Assembly (NCBI GenBank): GCA_019322455.1
Contig: JAHWIT010000177.1
Location: 1-30,103, forward strand
Direction of reading: 5' to 3'
Source: Candidatus Woesearchaeota archaeon
GTDB lineage: Archaea; Nanobdellota; Nanobdellia; Woesearchaeales; WJKL01
DNA: 30,103 nt
This document shows, piece after piece, positions 28,115 through 30,103 of the stretch (its first letter is position 1; each line of letters begins with the position of its first letter). A model generated the notes under the pieces. The model was not told the origin of the DNA and ran no database searches. It saw nothing but the letters and a program-made list of their open reading frames with translations. A program made the translations under genes and the position numbers.

Positions 28115-28282
28115 TTTAAATAACCTCCATAAACTAATTAAAATAAACTATTAAAAAACAAAGAATTCTTATGAACCACTCTTTCTAACTGAACTCATAA
28201 GACAAAGTAATAATTAATTATTTATAAATCTATGCAAAAAATTTATAAATTAACACTCAATACAAAAAAACAGGTGATATAT

Positions 28283-28696
28283 ATGACTATAATTGGATCA
28301 GGTTTTACTAAAATAAATGTTGAAAAAAAAGCTCCTGTTAAAGGAAAAATAAATATTAATAATAATGCATCTATTAAAGCTGTTGAAGAATATCCTCTTC
28401 CAGGCAAATCAAATCAAAAAGGATTAAGATTCACTTTTGAATTTTTTTCAAAATATGAGCCTAAAATAGGAGAAATAAACATAGAAGGAAATGTTATTTT
28501 ACTACTAGAAGCAAAAAAAGGAGAAGAAGTTCTTGCTAATTGGAAAAAAGACAAAAAGCTTCCTAAAGAAGTAATGACTCCTGTCCTAAACACAGCTTTA
28601 ACAAACTGTAATATCCAAGCATTAATCTTAAGCAAAGATGTTGGACTACCACCACCAATACCACTTCCAAAATTAAAAACAGAGGAAAAAAGTTAA
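28283..28696 (+). CDS. Conserved archaeal hypothetical protein
   Basis: Probable start is the ATG at 28283 after an AGGTGAT SD. Beta-rich sequence ending in LPPPIPLP. Confidence 0.75.
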   Translation: MTIIGSGFTKINVEKKAPVKGKININNNASIKAVEEYPLPGKSNQKGLRFTFEFFSKYEPKIGEINIEGNVILLLEAKKGEEVLANWKKDKKLPKEVMTPVLNTALTNCNIQALILSKDVGLPPPIPLPKLKTEEKS

Positions 28697-28883
28697 TTTT
28701 TCATTATTTTTTAAAATTTCTCCAATTTTATACGAAACCTTTAAATATCACTAACATTGTATCCAAACTTAATTTAAAAGGTTTTTTCGTCTAAAAAATG
28801 GAAAAACTTACAAACAGGTACCCAAACGAACGAAGTGAGTTTGACTCTACTCTATGAGTAAGGCTTACCATTTTGATAAAAAA

Positions 28884-30103
28884 ATGGAAAAAAAAGAACT
28901 AAAACTAAAAGTAGCAGAAGCAATTCAGGATGATGTAGACAAAGGTATTGTTAGAATAGACTCTACACTAATGAAAGATTTGGGTATAAGAGGAGGAGAT
29001 ATTATTGAAATTAAAGGAGAAAGAACTACTGTGGCTGTCGTTGACAGAGCTTATCCAGGAGATATAGGACTTAATATCATAAGAATGGATGGTATTATTA
29101 GAAGAAACGCAAAAACAGGTATTGGAGAATTTGTTAATATTGACAAAGCAGATGTAAAAGAAGCAAAAAAAATTATAATAGCCCCTGCTAGAAAAGGGGT
29201 GTTTGTAAGGGCTTCTCCTAATACTTTTAAACAAGGGCTTCTAGGAAGAGCATTAGTAAAAGGAGATATTATATCATTAGGTGGAACAAGAAGAAGACAG
29301 ACAACTATGACAGATTCTCCATTTTTCGAAGATATTTTTAGTAAAGAAATCACAAGAATGTTAGAAGCATCAATGCCTGGATTTGGATTCAAAAATATCC
29401 ATTTTGTTGTTGCAGAAACAAATCCAAAAGGATCTGTTCTAATATCAGATACAACTGAGATTGTTCTTAATCCACAAGCAGTTGAAATAAAAGAAGAAGT
29501 CATTCCAGATGTAACCTATGAAGATATTGGAGGATTAAAAGAAGAGATTAAAAAAATAAGAGAAATGGTTGAGCTTCCATTAAAATATCCTGAAATATTC
29601 GAAAGACTTGGAATAGAAGCTCCAAAAGGAGTTTTATTGCACGGCCCTCCAGGAACAGGTAAAACATTACTGGCAAAAGCAGTTGCAAATGAAACAAATT
29701 CGCATTTTACTGTAATTAATGGCCCTGAAATCATGTCTAAATTCTATGGACAATCAGAAGAAAATCTAAGAAAGATATTTGAAGAAGCTGAAAAAAATGC
29801 TCCTGCTATTGTTTTTATCGATGAAATTGATTCATTAGCTCCAAAAAGAGAAGAAGTAAAAGGAGAAGTTGAAAGAAGAGTTGTTGCACAATTATTATCT
29901 TTAATGGATGGTCTTAAATCTCGTGGTAAAGTTGTTGTTATTGCTGCTACTAATGTTCCAAATATTTTAGATCCAGCTTTAAGAAGGCCAGGAAGATTTG
30001 ATCGTGAAATAGAAATAGGCGTGCCTTCCAAAAAAGGCAGATTAAAAATTCTAAAAATTCATACAAGAAACATGCCATTAGCTAAAGACGTTTCATTAAA
30101 AAA
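28884..30103 (+). CDS. cdc48: CDC48/VCP AAA+ ATPase (partial, runs off window)
   Basis: Not in the ORF track because there is no stop. Translates as [26 protein letters not shown]...VTYEDIGGL...EMVELPL...[22 protein letters not shown]...FIDEIDS...[11 protein letters not shown]. Confidence 0.97.
   Translation, partial: MEKKELKLKVAEAIQDDVDKGIVRIDSTLMKDLGIRGGDIIEIKGERTTVAVVDRAYPGDIGLNIIRMDGIIRRNAKTGIGEFVNIDKADVKEAKKIIIAPARKGVFVRASPNTFKQGLLGRALVKGDIISLGGTRRRQTTMTDSPFFEDIFSKEITRMLEASMPGFGFKNIHFVVAETNPKGSVLISDTTEIVLNPQAVEIKEEVIPDVTYEDIGGLKEEIKKIREMVELPLKYPEIFERLGIEAPKGVLLHGPPGTGKTLLAKAVANETNSHFTVINGPEIMSKFYGQSEENLRKIFEEAEKNAPAIVFIDEIDSLAPKREEVKGEVERRVVAQLLSLMDGLKSRGKVVVIAATNVPNILDPALRRPGRFDREIEIGVPSKKGRLKILKIHTRNMPLAKDVSLK

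Noticed and set aside
28968..30031. Four minus-strand ORFs
   Set aside because: They are antisense shadows of the cdc48 frame.
1..30103. CRISPR array, rRNA or IS element
   Set aside because: No regularly spaced direct repeats, rRNA-like segments or transposase motifs were seen.

Overview
AT-rich archaeal chromosomal window. The gene set, GGTGA/GAGG ribosome-binding sites and AAA-nn-TTTATAAA promoters suggest a DPANN/Woesearchaeota-like organism (inference). Housekeeping genes include smc, rnhB, nfi, a PIN-ATPase, serS, cdc6/orc1, a Sua5/TsaC-type enzyme, rtcB with two archease paralogs, tatD, deoxyhypusine synthase and a partial cdc48. Five things stand out. (1) An AT-rich accessory locus at about 8.3-13.35 kb looks like a RiPP biosynthetic cluster. 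It has an unannotated 29-aa Cys-rich precursor (MKNAILSGPKLSDRVRMCACNVICTQISC) directly upstream of a radical SAM/SPASM maturase, plus a second radical SAM with an N-terminal Twitch/SPASM-like domain, an HPr-kinase-like P-loop protein, an SDR and a HExxH protein. (2) An initiator tRNA-Met is split by four non-canonical BHB-type introns and sits divergent from a tRNA-Ser(GCT) with two introns. (3) A protein resembles the eukaryotic phosphohistidine phosphatase PHPT1/Janus-Ocnus family. (4) An inverted ORB-like repeat pair and a small ORF lie just downstream of cdc6. (5) A degenerate second archease is present. All family calls come from motif recognition by eye; no searches were run.
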